Below are positions 1-13,400 of a stretch of 64,000 nt of DNA, in pieces. Under the pieces are notes generated by a model, which was not told the DNA's origin, ran no database searches, and saw nothing but the letters and a program-made list of their open reading frames with translations. The position numbers and the translations under genes are program-made. How positions within the stretch are numbered: position 1 is the first letter of the stretch; the number at the start of each line of letters is the position of its first letter. Origin of the DNA: Lama glama (lineage: Eukaryota); contig CM052816.1 of NCBI GenBank assembly GCA_028534125.1, forward strand, positions 29,080,001-29,144,000, in the 5' to 3' direction.

Positions 1-39
1 CTTAAACTGTTATATATCTTATGATTTTGTAGGAAAGCA

Positions 40-750
40 AAGATGAGAGCAGAGAAATTCATTAAAAGGGTATTTAAATATTAAAACTGAGAAATGATAG
101 AGGCTTGCAATGTGAGTATTTTTTATGGAGGTAACAATGAGTATTCAGATTCAAGATATACTTAAATTAGATAGGTTCATCTAATTATCTAATTAAATTA
201 AAATCAATAAGACTTACTTACACACTGTGTTTAGGATTTGAGGAAAGAAGACACATCAAGTACAATGCCTTGAATTGACAACTGAGAGAACAATGGTGTT
301 ATTCTGAGGTTGGGAAAACTTGGAGGGAAGCAGCTGGGGTGGGAGGCAGAACAACAGTTCTAGGTTGAACATGTTGGATTTGAGCTGACTATAAAGAAAT
401 CAAATGAGACAGCCAGATATAAAAGTGTAGAGTTCAGCGGAGAAGTAAGGATTGGTGATGTCAATATGATGGACTTAAACCTATAGATAACATTTAGAGC
501 AATAAACATGGAAATGATCATTTAAGGAGACTATCAGATTATGAAAAAAGAAAGGCAAAGACACTTTCAAGGGGTGCTTTAATATTCACTGGTCTGGTAG
601 ACAGGAATAAATTAGAGAAGAAGACTAAAGAAGTGACCACTGAAATAGGAAGAAAACTAAGTGAGTGTGATATTAGCCTAGAAAAGCAAGTATTTTCATA
701 AGGACGGAGGGATTACTTCTGCCAAATGATGCTGAGAAGTCAAGTAAGGT
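40..750 (-). mobile_element. L2 LINE fragment
   Basis: Degenerate antisense L2 motifs: 'gttctaggttgaacatgttggatttgag', 'gagttcagcggagaag', 'ccaaatgatgctgagaagtcaagtaag'. Confidence 0.75.
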
Positions 751-1499
751 CTGTTCCATTAAGAGGGCCTTCAAGCAAATACTATGCAGGGAAACTTGCT
801 TTCCTTGGTCAGCAGATTATCTACTAATGCAGTTAAAGCTTGTAGATGTTGGATGATAAAGCTGGTAGATAAAAATCCGTAACACTAAAGTTGTTTGAAG
901 TTAGGAGCCACTGCTACATTTGAACTGTAAGTATTTGATAGGCTTTTAGCTCTATGTTTTAAAAGGTTCGGTGGGTTAAATTTGCTTACACCAAAGCAAC
1001 TGGTGTAGTGCCTGCTTTGGTGTAGACACTAAGGACAGTCGACAACCCCTACCTGTCTGGACTTACTGAATAAGAGTCAGCAATCAGCTGGCTCCATGAA
1101 ACGGAAGTCTATATGAACGATCCTCCTAGATTTAGGCTAGAAAGTATACACTAGGTCCATGTTGCTATTATTGTGTCTGCTGCCTACAAATGTTTAGAAT
1201 AACCACTTATCATCTCTCTGGTAAGCAAGGCCCAAATCCTCCCTGGAGATGTAGTGAACTGTAATCTTCAGCTTCTTCACTCATCTTAAAAGCATTTCCT
1301 TTCATTCCTACTATAACTCAAAAAGATGAATAGCAATCATAAAGCTTATTCAAAACTTACAATCTGTGAATCTGAGATGCTAGGTAAAGACACATTCATC
1401 TAGAGAAATAAATTAGATACTGTATTCAAGTAAGGAGCTAGAAAATTATCTTTGAACTGACTAATTCAGTGAGGAAAAAAGAAACTTAAGAAATTAAGA

Positions 1500-2095
1500 C
1501 TAGTGAAAAAGAGATAAGGTCAATATACTGAAGGCCTCATGAAGGTTGGGGAACTGTTTCAAATGGAAATACTGGAACAAGGAAGCTGAAAGGCTAGGAA
1601 GTAATAATACAGTAAAATGTTTGAAAGCACGATTATGGAGGCAGGAGAGTTATTGGTGATGACTATGGGAGTAGACTGCAGAAAAAGCTGGAAGTAAAAA
1701 TTAGAGGTGAGGAGGTTATGGAAATGAGGGGCCTGGTGCTGACTAGATCATCAAGGTCGATGTTCAAGTTATCAAGTGATAAATGGAGAAGTCACAGGGT
1801 CAATGCGGATGCAGATAAGACAGGTGACAAGGCAGCGTGTGAAGGAGAATGGAGAAAATGGGCCTGTGCCTTCTGGAGTCACATGATTGTCCAGGTTAGG
1901 TGAGCCTAAACTAAGGGAGTGGGGTAGCAGTGGAGTAAAAGGCAGAGGTCAATCTTGGAGCTATTCTGGGGTGGAATCAGTAGGAGTTTGGGACTAAATG
2001 AGTGCAAGGAATAAGAAATGGGAAAAATCCTGGATGACATAAGAACTTCTATTTTGGGAAATTAGGCTGAAAGCGATGCCATCAGATCACTTAGA
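1500..2095 (-). mobile_element. L2 LINE fragments
   Basis: Purine-rich antisense L2-like text, e.g. 'gggtggaatcagtaggagtttgggactaaatg', 'aatcctggatgac...ttttgggaaattagg'. Confidence 0.55.
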
Positions 2096-2809
2096 ACACA
2101 AACCAGAGATGTTCAGGTTTCTGCCTTTCTACCCCTCCCCATCACACCCTCACCCTGTCCCCAACTTCTTACCCATGTCAGCAAGCATATACATGTGTGT
2201 ATGCACACATATGTACTTCACAAAATGAATCCTGAACACAATCAGATAGCCTGGACTTTAAATAGGTTTTTGCAAGCATTTCCTATGAAAAATACATATG
2301 ATCACTTGGTCTAAGACACTTAGCTCTAGTCCAAGAGAATGAGCATCTCAAGAAAGGAAGGAGGGAGAGATGGAGAGAGGGAGGGAAGAAGGAAAGAGAA
2401 AAAGGGTTTCTGACAACGTAATCACAAAGGATGCAGGGGAGAAAAGAAACAGATTAATTTTAAAAGCACAGAAAATGAGGGTTAGATCAGTATTTGAAGC
2501 AGATGGTATAACGTTAACAGATGGCAGAGAGAACACAGAACTTCTCAAGAATAATTTTTCTTTTGTCCTCTCTATCAAAGAATCCTTAAAACTGTAAATG
2601 GAATAACAAACAAGACAATAAAATTATTGAAGCCCAAAGACAGGGATGTGTGATTCAGTGAAATAATGTATGGGAAATGTTGGGTATGAGTTATTAGTGG
2701 TCAAAAAGGAAATCTATTGTCATGTAGTAGAGGAGGTTATTAAGCCAAGTCACAACTATGTATCATGTATTGGAAAAGAGAGTTTGAATGCATGTCTGGA
2801 AATATTTGG

Positions 2810-3010
2810 TGTTTTATATATACAAAATAGATAAATAATAAGTTCATATTGTATAGCATAGGGAACTATATTCAATATCTCGTAGTAACTTATGGTGAAA
2901 AGTATATGAAATTGAATATATGTGTGTTCATGTATGACTGAAGCATTACGCTGTATACCAGAAATTGACACATTATAAACTAACTTTACTTCAATAAAAA
3001 TATATATTTA
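2810..3010 (+). mobile_element. Young 5'-truncated L1 3' end (camelid-type 3' UTR)
   Basis: 'gtatagcatagggaactatattcaatatctcgtagtaac...catgtatgactgaagcattacgctgtataccagaaattgacac...acttcaataaaaa' matches my recollection of camelid/cetartiodactyl L1 3' UTR; ends in AATAAA and an A/TA tail. Confidence 0.85.
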
Positions 3011-3599
3011 AAAACACTAAGAATAGCAGGAATTAATCAACAAAATGACTCAATCATAACTGAAGACTGAGTCCTGATAACGAGGACATTACATAATGTT
3101 GACATTCTTACCACAAGAAAGGATGATAAACAGGTAGTATGCAGAGGGATGACTGAGATCAGGTAAGTGAAGGTGTGAGCTGTTGATAAAAAGAATTTGC
3201 TTTGAGCTTAATAACTTCTGGGCATGCTACCAGCCTATAGTCTCTGTGCAGGTGACCTAGACTCAAAACTAATAGAAATAAACTTTGGGTTTTTCAATCC
3301 ACGATGCTATGCTCTTCTAGTGCTTGCTTTTCTGGAATTTATAAGAGATTTGCATTGCTACCATGGTAGGAAACTCGTCTTGTTAAACCCATCCAGGAGG
3401 GCAGCATAAATCTTCCAGGGACTCAATGCTATGAAATCTGAAACTCTGTACAAACGTGAGCTCCTCTTGTCTTCATTAAAATAGCACATAGTTTAAGTCT
3501 CTAAGCCAAATCAGTTACATCCCCAAGACATTACAAGAACTTAGAGACAATGGCATAGAATTTAGATAATATTTGAATAATCAAGTACACAATCAATAT

Positions 3600-4460
3600 T
3601 AGAGATGGAACACTGGCAAAACCCATTCTGAAATTACAGTTTCCAAAGCCACTACTGATCTAAGTGCCAAGTCAAAATGCTTACTTTTAGTCCTCCTCCA
3701 AGTAACTTCCCTTTCTCTAAATTCTTTCCTCCCTTGGCTTACTACATGACTCATGCTCCTCATTCTCCTACCTTTCCACTTCCCCAGCCTAAGTCTTCTT
3801 TGCAAGTGTTTTGTCCTCTGTCCACCCTATTAAATGTTGGGCTCTCTTGAGTTTACATATCTGGTTCTCTTTTTATTCATCATACTCGGCCAGTCCTAAC
3901 TCAACCTCTGGGTAGCTCTGCCTTCTATCTAGTGAGCCTCAAATCTTTTTCTTCTCTTTGGGTGGCTTCCTCCTCTGCTAGAGATCTCTGTTTCTTTCCA
4001 AGTATACCTTACTACCTTTGAGCATCTCAAATGTGATACGTCCTCTAATATCTTCTCAGAAATTGTCTCTCTCCCTCTGTAAATGGCATCTATTTTTCCC
4101 CCAGAAATTTGAGTTGGTCTTAACTTCTCTTATTCCTCACCAAATTGTTACACTTACACCACACAAATGTCTCTTAAATCTCATCTTTGCTCTCCATCTC
4201 TACTTTTATTGCCTCACTTCAAGACTTCAGCACCTCCCATTTACAAATGTGTATCAGCCCTCATGCCTGGTCCCCCTAACACCAGTCTTTCCCTGCTCTT
4301 GTCCGTATTCCTCAACACTGCCAACATTCTCCTCCTCAAGGAATTTTAAAAAATTACTTCCTAAATTAAACTACTTGAATTCAGGACTGTGACATTTAAG
4401 GATTGTTTTCCCAGCACCTAGAACAACACACACACCAGGTTGCCAATATTGGAAAAACGA
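3600..4460 (+). mobile_element. L2 LINE fragment
   Basis: Pyrimidine-rich sense L2 text ('catctcaaatgtgatacgtcc', 'tctttgctctccatctctact') ending in an L2-like 3' end 'cccagcacctagaac...gaatgataa'. Confidence 0.65.
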
Positions 4461-4769
4461 ATGATAAGATGGAGTCTCCACTGCCTGCAACACTCTGGAT
4501 TGTGAAGCTGGAAAAAGAATCCATAGCAGAGCACAGGAAGTTTATGGCTTTGAGGAGACAAAGATCAGAGGTTGGAGAGAACAAAGTGGCTGGAAGTTGT
4601 GAAGCACAGAAGGGAGCTGTGAGGAAGAAGGAGGGGAGGAGGAAGAGGAGTATAAAGGGAGAGATGGTAGGAAAGTCAGGGGAGGAGGGAGAAGAAGAAA
4701 GACAAAGAAGAAGATGAAGGAGAAGATGTCCCCAAATTTGCATAAATTCCTTTGACTATGAGCTCAGTA

Positions 4770-4970
4770 CTAGTTTGTGCATGTTTACATGTGTAGTAAT
4801 TGCCCAGGAAGGGGACAAGGGATTTGGGGGTGATAGAATTGTTCTACACCTCAATTGTGGGGATGGCTACATGAATGTATACATTTATCAAAACTGATCA
4901 AACTGTTCAATTAAAATGCATGTTTTTTATTCATGTAAATTATACTGCAAGAAAGTTGATTTTAAAAAGA
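4770..4970 (+). mobile_element. L1MB/ME-type 3' end
   Basis: 'ggggtgatagaattgttctacacctcaattgtggggatggctacatgaatgtatacatttatcaaaactgatcaaactg...gtaaattatactgcaagaaag'. Confidence 0.8.
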
Positions 4971-5129
4971 AAGAGACCATTCAACTGTGTTGAAAATGAG
5001 AGAATGGCCCTGTCAAGACAATCAGGATCGTACTAAAAGCTTCATGCATCCCCTCTGTCAAGAACAGAAGCTATATCTAAGGTGTTCAAGATATTTAAAA
5101 AGGTGGGGAACGGGGCAGGGGAATAATGG

Positions 5130-5580
5130 TAGAGACAAGCAGACATCATGTGCCTGCTGATGAAAGGACACAATGTCACCCACAAAGTGTTTTTGCCAAT
5201 AAATAAATAAACACATTCAATCTGGCCAAGTATTAGATCTAATTAGCCATCGACAGAAAATGCAACAGAGAAGTCCGTTGAACAGACACCATGAGGGCAC
5301 ACAGCAACATTCATACTGTGGGAAACTCAGCAGGACAAACGACACAGTTTTTTGAATGAGAGGGGGGCAATATTTAGATTGATTTCTAGATTAACAGAGA
5401 ATTCAAAGGTGCATCAGGCAATCACAATTATAATCTTTGTCTGGATCCGACTTTGAACAAGTAAATTGTTTAAAAAATTCCCCTCTAAGACAAGTGGTGA
5501 AATGCAAAACCTATTTAATGATTTTAGGGAACTGTTAACTATTGAGCTGTCAAAACCGTCTTTTAGTTAAGTTTAAAATA
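5130..5580 (+). mobile_element. L1MC-type 3' UTR fragment
   Basis: 'agacatcatgtgcctgctgatgaaaggacacaatgtcacc', 'ctgtgggaaactcagcaggacaaac' resemble L1MC4/5 3' UTR. Confidence 0.65.
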
Positions 5581-5585
5581 TTTAT

Positions 5586-5640
5586 CTATACTTCAATAAA
5601 AAGTATATATATATATATATATACATGTCTTATACATATA
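5586..5640 (+). repeat. (TA)n microsatellite on a short L1 3'-end stub
   Basis: 'ctatacttcaataaaaag' followed by a (TA)n tract. Confidence 0.7.
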
Positions 5641-6584
5641 TGAGTCATACACTAAACTTGATGGAACAGAACAATTGGCTCCCTGATGACTTCTTGATAG
5701 CCAAAATATCCCTGAATCTTCAGACTACATTTTTTTTGCTATAGAAAGATAGACAGATAAATAGATAAATAATATAGATAGATATATTGTTTGATTGACA
5801 GATGATAGATACAGAGATAGATACAGTCTTTATTAAGCCATTATACCCAGGCTGTTTTGAGTTTTGATCAAATTCAATCTTGAATAATACAAGAAGATTT
5901 GTCTAGATTCAAGAGAGGAGATAAGAGAACAAACAATCCTCACTGATTTCCCTTTTAATTAAATACTTTAGAGACCCTAGTGGAAAAAAGGGGTAATCAC
6001 AATTTAACCAAAAAATTGATAATACAAATATATGGGAAAAGTTAAGGATATGGTCATCTGGAGGCAAGGTCTCCAGCAGCTGATGAAGGGAGGCAGGAGG
6101 CAGAGGATGCACAGAGCATTCTTCTTCCGAGGGAATGGCAGGACAACGCAAGCAGGCAGGTCATGGAAGTGTCACAAAGATATTGCTTACACAAGGTTAC
6201 AGTAACATTTCACTAACCACTGAAAGGTAGCAGGTTTTCATCACATTTTAGGCTGATGAATGATGGCCTTGCATATAGGTTCTCAGGGTTCAAAGCCTAT
6301 TGACTAATGGGTATCCTGTTCAATAGCCTCTCTGGTTTATCACCCTGATCAAAGCTGGGAGATGCTTATCTAAATAAATAGATTGACTGCTGACCCTCCT
6401 AATATGACTGCAATTTTCATACATAATGTTCTGAACACAGGTAACTCAGATTCTCATCAATATTCAGTGATCTTGGGAAAATAATAGCCCTTGCAAGGCA
6501 ATTTAATGGAGAGAGTGAGCCCAGAACACAAGCTCAGGCTTTTCCCTTCATCTTCCCTAGACAACAAAAGACAGCCAGGAACAC

Positions 6585-8060
6585 ACAAATTAATTTCAGA
6601 ATAAGACCAAGCTATATTTCTACATACTAGCAACAAGAGGAAACTAAAATCAAGAAAATAATTCACTTTATAATAGCATCAAAAACAGTAAAATATGGAG
6701 TGATACATCTAATAATGGAAATGTAAGACCTGAACACTGAAATGACATCTTTAACTGCAAGAAGTTAAAGATGATCTAAATAAACAGAGAGACATTTTAT
6801 GTCTATAGGCTGGAGATTTACTACTGCTAATATGTCAACTCTCCTCTAATTGACCAGTAGATTCAGTGTTATCCCTATCAAGTTTTCAGCAGGATTCTTT
6901 GTAGATATTTCCAAGCAGACCCTAAAATTTATATAAAAATGCAAAGACTTAGAACAGCCAAATTTTTTTTAAAGAGCAAAATAAAGTTGGAAGATTTACA
7001 CTATCCAATTTCAAACCTTACTATTCAGTCATTAATAAATTAAATTCATCAAAATTAAAAACATTCTTTGACTAGGAAATTGAAATAACAAACCACAGAC
7101 TAGAAGAAAATATTTGTGCAACATGTATCTAAAAAAGAATTTGTATCTAGAATACATAAAGAATTTTTAACAACTTATATAAAATAGAATTATATGTTAC
7201 AAACAATATAATTTTAAAATGGTCAATACATTTCACCAAAGAAGATATATAAATGACTAGACATTTAACCAAAGAAAATATATAAATGACAAATAAATAC
7301 ATGAAAAGATATTCAACACTATTAGTTGCTAGAGAAATGAAAACTAAAACCACTATAAGAAGGCTACAGTCAAAAAAGGATTGACAATTCTGTGTGGCAA
7401 AGATACTGGAGAAATTGTAACCCTTATAACATTTTGCTTGGATGTAAAATGGAACAATGAAAAATGGTAACATTTGTCAAATTCTTGAAAAATGAATCAC
7501 ATACCTATCATAAAATGTCGTAATTCTACTCCTAGATATATACCCAAAAGACATGAAAATACATGTCCACACAATACTTGTACATGAATATTTATGGAAG
7601 TATTATTCAAAATAACCAAAAACTGGAAACAATCCAAATGTCCATCAATAAGTAAATAGCTAAGAAGAATGTCAAGCACCCATGCAAAGGAATACTAGTA
7701 GGCATTAAAGAGGAACAAACTGTGAAAACGTTCATACTACAACACGAATGTCTCAAAAATATTATGCTAACTGGAAGAAGCCAGACACAAAAGACTTCAT
7801 GTGGCATGGCACCATTTAAATGAAATTTCTCGAAAGGCAAAGCTACATAAGAGAAAGCATATCAGTGATTGCCCAGGGCTAGCAACTGACTACTAACAAG
7901 CACAAGGAACTTTTTGTAGTGATGGTAATATTCTAAAACTGGATTGTGATGATGATTATACATCTCTTATGAATATACCAAAACTTATCGTATTGCACAC
8001 TTAGGGTGGATGAATTTTATGGTATGTAAACTATATCCCAATAAGGCCATTTTAAAGGAA
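6585..8060 (+). mobile_element. L1MB-type element, decayed ORF2 3' part plus 3' UTR, with internal deletions
   Basis: ORF2 remnants ('ctaaaatttatataaaaatgcaaagacttagaacagccaaa', 'aaaaactggaaacaatccaaatgtccatcaa') and L1MB 3' end ('gtgatggtaatattctaaaactggattgtgatgatg...aaactatatcccaataagg'). Confidence 0.9.
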
Positions 8061-8310
8061 GAAAAGGGAAGAGGAGAAGGAGAAGGAAACACCAAGGGAA
8101 GACATACTGAAAGTTTGTGTGAAAGAAAAATTAACTTTATATTGTGTTGTCCCAAAGGGAAGAACTAGAACTAATGAACGAAACTGAAAAAAGGCAGATT
8201 TTATTTGATATAAGGAAAAATTTGTTTACCACCCGCTTCAAAAGATTGTTTTAAAAGATTGCATTTTAAGATTGTTCTTCATCCCTGGAAGGTTAATACT
8301 CTCTGTAAAG

Positions 8311-8555
8311 AAATTAGGAGTTTGGGATTAACAGTTACACACTACTAATATATAAAACAGATAAATAACAAGGCCCTACTGTACAGCACAGGGAACTATA
8401 TTTAATTACCTGTAATAAGCTATAATGGAAAAGAATCTAAAATATATGTGTGTGTGTGTGTGTGTGTGTATACACAAAACCAAATTGCTTTGCTATACAC
8501 CTAAAACTAACACTGTAAATCAACTATACTTCAATAAAAAATAAAATTAAAAAAA
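8311..8555 (+). mobile_element. Cetartiodactyl-type L1 3' end containing (TG)n
   Basis: 'aaattaggagtttgggattaacag...ctactgtacagcacagggaactata...gtaaatcaactatacttcaataaaaaa'; (TG)n at about 8447-8469. Confidence 0.88.
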
Positions 8556-10182
8556 TCATAAAATCAAGTTAGGAAGAAAATTGAAGTCAACTATCACTAT
8601 GACACCTCTCAAAGTTATAATTTTATGCATCTAAACTTTAACAAGTTATGTACACATAACTCTTGATTTTGGTATCCCAAAATTGCTATATATTAAAACG
8701 AAAACTGGTATTAAAGAAAACTTCCTATGCTTCAAGGGACTGTGTCATAAATCTGGCTATTTCCCTTCCTTAATCCAACATGGCTCCATGATAAACTGAT
8801 CCCTGTTTAGAACAAGCTTGGCAGCTTGGGTTTTATAGGTAAGGGAAGAGACTCCTCCATTATTAAGTCATGGATGATGGTGATAGCCCACGGATCTTAA
8901 GAAGGGAAATGAGTTAGATTATTGATCTATAGATATCCTTTCCCTGAATTTCCAAGGAGAGTGAATTAATACTCATGAAATAAATTTCTTGACCATCTAA
9001 TATAAGAAAGTTCTGTTTTAAGTGTTGCAAGAGCCTCTCAAGTATCTCACAACCTAGTGAAAACCAGAATATATGGCTACAACACAGAACAAATGTGATT
9101 TTTAAAGTGAGAATAAAAGTTACACTTAGAGTTCTAGAAGTTGAGCAGAAGAATCCTATCGATGAAAAAAGAAAGAAAGAAAGAAAGATTCAAGCAGCTC
9201 CAAACTGAAGGAAATATTTTCAAATATTTGTTCAATGAATGTGGATAAAATTCAGGCTTACCCAGATAAAAATAAAAGTCCTCTAAACTCACAGAACATT
9301 TATAATTAGAAGTTGTACCATGAAATATTTAGTTGCTTCAAGTTCAAGTTAGAAGAAATGTTTTTCAATTGAGTTTCTGGAACATAAACCACTCTGCTTT
9401 CTGGTGGGAAACATAAATGACTATATATGTTGAATATAAAATGCATGAACATCTGGAAGCTTACTAATTGCAGACAGAATGTCACATAAAACAAGAAATC
9501 AAAGAACTTCTCTCTGGCTCAAATGTCTTTAGGAGGGAGAAATCACTTTCCCTGGCACAAGTACACTGGCATAATTGACAAAATGTTGAGATGGCACATT
9601 TCACCATATGCGCTTCTTTGGATCTAATCAAGCCCCATGAACACTGGAGTCATAAACGCTACATTTGGTCTAGGGCAGTATATGATAGACTCTTAAATCA
9701 GGGGTAATAAAAGAGGTAGTGCAGAAGTTTAAATACAGCAAACAGAAAGGAAACAGAATTGCCTTTCCCAACTGGGATCAAGCAAATTCACGATAAAGAA
9801 ACTCAAACCTAAGCACATTGAGGTGCAGGTCCGCAATATAGTAAGAGAACTATCAGCTCCATTACAACAGTGCCCAAATCACCTCCAATCTACAGATCTG
9901 TTTTAGTTGTCCAAGAGTTTTCTTCCCTAAATTTAAGCCAACATTTAAATATTGGGAAATTTTCTAGGGAAATATTTATGCTTTCCCTTAGAAAAAGGAA
10001 GATCCAGTAACTCCTCCTCAGTCACAGCTTCCTGGTACGCAAAACACCTTCCACTTTGGGCGTGGCGAGGGAGCGGGGAGGCCCGTGCTCTCCAGGTCAC
10101 ACATTCCCCCACCCCCACATCACCACCACTCACACAAGGAGCACATGCATCCAGCACTTTGTTACTCTTTGTTTTCACCTAC

Positions 10183-10433
10183 CTGTCCTTGGAGGCATTT
10201 GAAATCATATTCCCTGAATCCAAAAAGAGAGTTCATATTCAGAAGTCAACCATTTTTATTCTGCTTTTGATGATCCAAATCTTTCTTGTCACTGAATGCC
10301 TGAGGCTCAGTGAAAAGCTCTCCCGGCTCATTGCACAGCTCTTGCATTTACTACTCCTCCTACATTGGTTGGTATTTCTCTCTGTCTGCTGGAGTTTGAG
10401 AATGAGAATCACACCCATGTGTCTGCAGCCTCC
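10183..10433 (-). other. Candidate spliced exon (251 nt), probably non-coding
   Basis: Minus strand: 'cctaacttcctagtctatgttttaactcag|GGAGG' acceptor with branch-like CTAAC, and donor 'GACAG|gtaggt'. Non-repetitive sequence; all three frames contain stops. Confidence 0.4.
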
Positions 10434-13400
10434 CTGAGTTAAAACATAGACTAGGAAGTTAGGGAAATGAATATAAAAATTCAGCTTTATTGTTGACAAC
10501 ACTGACCTGGAGAAGGTGGTTTGGATTAGGGTCCAAATGGTCCTCCTAATACATTCACCTTCACCTTAGAACCTAATCCCGTCCAAAACTGCAGACCTCT
10601 CCGCTGCAGAGACAGAACCTGCCCTGACAAACTCCAGAAAAGGGAAAACCCAGAACGAGCAAAACTGACCCTGTTCTGTGTCTTTTCCCAATTTTATCAG
10701 TTACACAGGTCACCACTTCAACCCTGGTTAGGAGTAAAGGCATGGTGAAAGAAATTATCTCATATTTTCCCTTCTGGGGATCAGAATACATACTATTTCC
10801 CCTTCATGGAAATATAAGGGGTAGGGAATAAGTATCCCACACACGTATGCACATCCCTCTGTTTTCTGTTCTTTTCATCTACTTAGTTTAACACTCAAGG
10901 AAATGACAGTTGAGGGGATTCCTGCTTCCCTCAGGCAAGGAGAAGAGCTTTAGGACAGTCCTCCCCCTTGTCTGTGAGGCTCTTCTCCAAATGCCAACCG
11001 CTGCTCCACTGCGGCCAGTTTGGCTTTTTCCCATGAAAGACATGAATTGGGTAGGAATATTACATTCAGTAAACACTGCAAAGTCCTATTGTACCTTAGG
11101 CTAAAAATGTACTCCCTGTTTTGTTTCCCATTCTAATTTGGGTCCAGTTCCACTGTCCATCAGAGCACACTAGAGGTTACATAATGACATCAAATAGAAG
11201 AATTACTATTCTCCAGTTATACAATGTCAATAACATAAAAAGGACCAAAATTTGAATGTAAATACTCTCCCAGTATTAGGTTCTCAAGAAGAAATCAAGG
11301 CCCCAATGGTAAGTCATCTCACTTTTAAAGTAAAATCAGTCAATAAATATTAGAATGTATTTTCCTCAAGAGCTTTCCATATGCTCGAGTAAAGGCCTGA
11401 CCAGCTGGGTTGTAGTACTAGTTATGTAGGAATGAATATGGTTCCTTTAAAGCATCACAAGTTAAATTATTTTGCCTAGGAGCCCCACTACTAAGAAAGT
11501 ACAAAGAATTAATAGAACATATAAAATTATTAGCGTCCCAGTTAAAAAAACCACCTCATTCTAGCTCCAAAGTAATTATCCCAGAAAAAAAATTCAGAAA
11601 GCATATTCCCAGATGCTCAGCGTTATCTGAGGAAAGGGGAGTAAGTGCAGAAAAACTTAGTTTCTGCTCCACTAGACTCCCAATTCATCTGTCACCTGTC
11701 TGTGGTCCAAAACCTGTGTAACTTGTGAAGTTTGCCATATGGAGATCAGTTAGTTTTAACAGGTATGGAGGGTGAGGGTGTCCACTTTCGCATTCTCTAT
11801 CCTTGCTCAGAGAGCGCAAGAAACTTCTGGCAAAGTTTTAAACTTTGCAGTGGTCACAGACTCAGTCTCCAGGTCTTACTGAAGTTCTTTGAATCCCATT
11901 CATTATATTAAAAACTTTTAAATTTCATTTGCCTTTGAGTCTCAATTTTCTGCCCCCAGGCCCACTCCTAGTGCTACACATAAGGATGAGATGTGTCCAA
12001 GGGGCAGGCCTATTTATTCCACAGGGACTACTGCCACTTGCTCTGGAATATCCTAGGCCTATGAGGGAACCTTTCCATATTGCACCGAGTTCAGTCTCTG
12101 CTGGAGAATCACCATCAATAGGCCCTGTCGTTCCTCACCTTTCAAATGTTCTATACTTCAGGCAACACCTCTTTCTGTTACATATTTTTTTGCAATAGAG
12201 AAGAAGGCTCTAATGTTTTATTTCTATCTGCTCTTCTCCTATTCCTAGAGGCTCAAACCAGTTCAATCTGCTTCTTAAACTGATTCTTTTCCTTTTCTAC
12301 CACATGTCTGGCTAATCACAAGATCTGAGTAATCTGCTTTGCTTTTCATTTGTCTCTGTTTTGAAGCCAAATTATCTGCTCTTCTGACATAATTTTCCTC
12401 AGGTTTTGTCTTGTAAGGTGTCTTAGTATGATAGGAATATAGTCAGTGAGTTCTGGTGCTGCCAGAAACACCCACTGTTCAAAAAAACTTGTTCACCCTC
12501 ACCTCCTCAGTTAAATCATTCAAATCACTGTCTCATCATACAAGTGTCCAACCTCAGCTGGATTCAATCTATTATTGTCTCATCTTTTTATGTATATTAT
12601 CTCTCAGGTACTTTCCCTTCAAGCCCTTATTTAGTAAGTTTTTCCCCTTGGGAGAGAGGCAATGTCTTCATCTCTCTGTATAATAACAGCATCATCTTGA
12701 GAATCAGTTCTTTTTTTTTAGACCGGTTTTTCAGTCATTCCCTTTCAAATCTGTCCAAGTGTTCTTCCCCCATATGGTGAGCTCTCATTAAAGACTCCTT
12801 TTTTACAACTTTAAGAGGACATCTTTCAAGAGATTTTGATCTGGGATCCCTTAGTATAATAATTTCAATACACTCTCAGGGATCCTGCTACTGTGCTATA
12901 ATTCTATTTCTTTAGGCCCCAATCACCCTCTGTAATCCTAAAATAGCTTAAAAAAATCTCTCTTTGATAGTTCCACTTACAAGAACCATTAAGTTTATGT
13001 TTTTAAAATTTGTCATATCTAACTAATCAGACCTCTAAGATTTCAGTCAGGCTCCTTTCTCCCTTCAATTTAATTTGCCTGTTCTACTTTATGTTTCTTT
13101 TTTTTTTATTCTTCCCCAAATCTCTGTTCTAATAATAAAATCAAACCATATTTTTAAACCAGTATATACTTCTTGAATTCCAAGCAAAGACATTCCAGAA
13201 AGAGAGTGTATAAGGTACACTCTATTTTAATTTCCTCTTTAGGCTTCGAATTCACGATAATTTTTTTTACTTTTTTGTACTACTCCCTATATATGAAGAT
13301 TATCCATTCTTTTTGTTCTTTAGTAAATTTCTCCAACCTTCTAAGGGTAAAAACAGAATCTAGGCCTCTGAAATCAAAAACCATTGTCAGAGTTGTTATA

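Noticed and set aside
4590..4730. Purine-rich tract encoding a Lys/Arg/Glu-rich ORF
   Set aside because: Low-complexity GA-rich sequence, not coding.
7228..7290. 33-bp-period tandem duplication in L1MB; similar short duplications at 26312-26352 and 29527-29556
   Set aside because: Ordinary slippage duplications inside or beside decayed repeats.
9952..10437. Longest ORF in the track (161 aa, + strand)
   Set aside because: Starts at TTG rather than ATG, low-complexity Leu/Ser composition, no recognisable domain; nearby splice signals favour the opposite strand.
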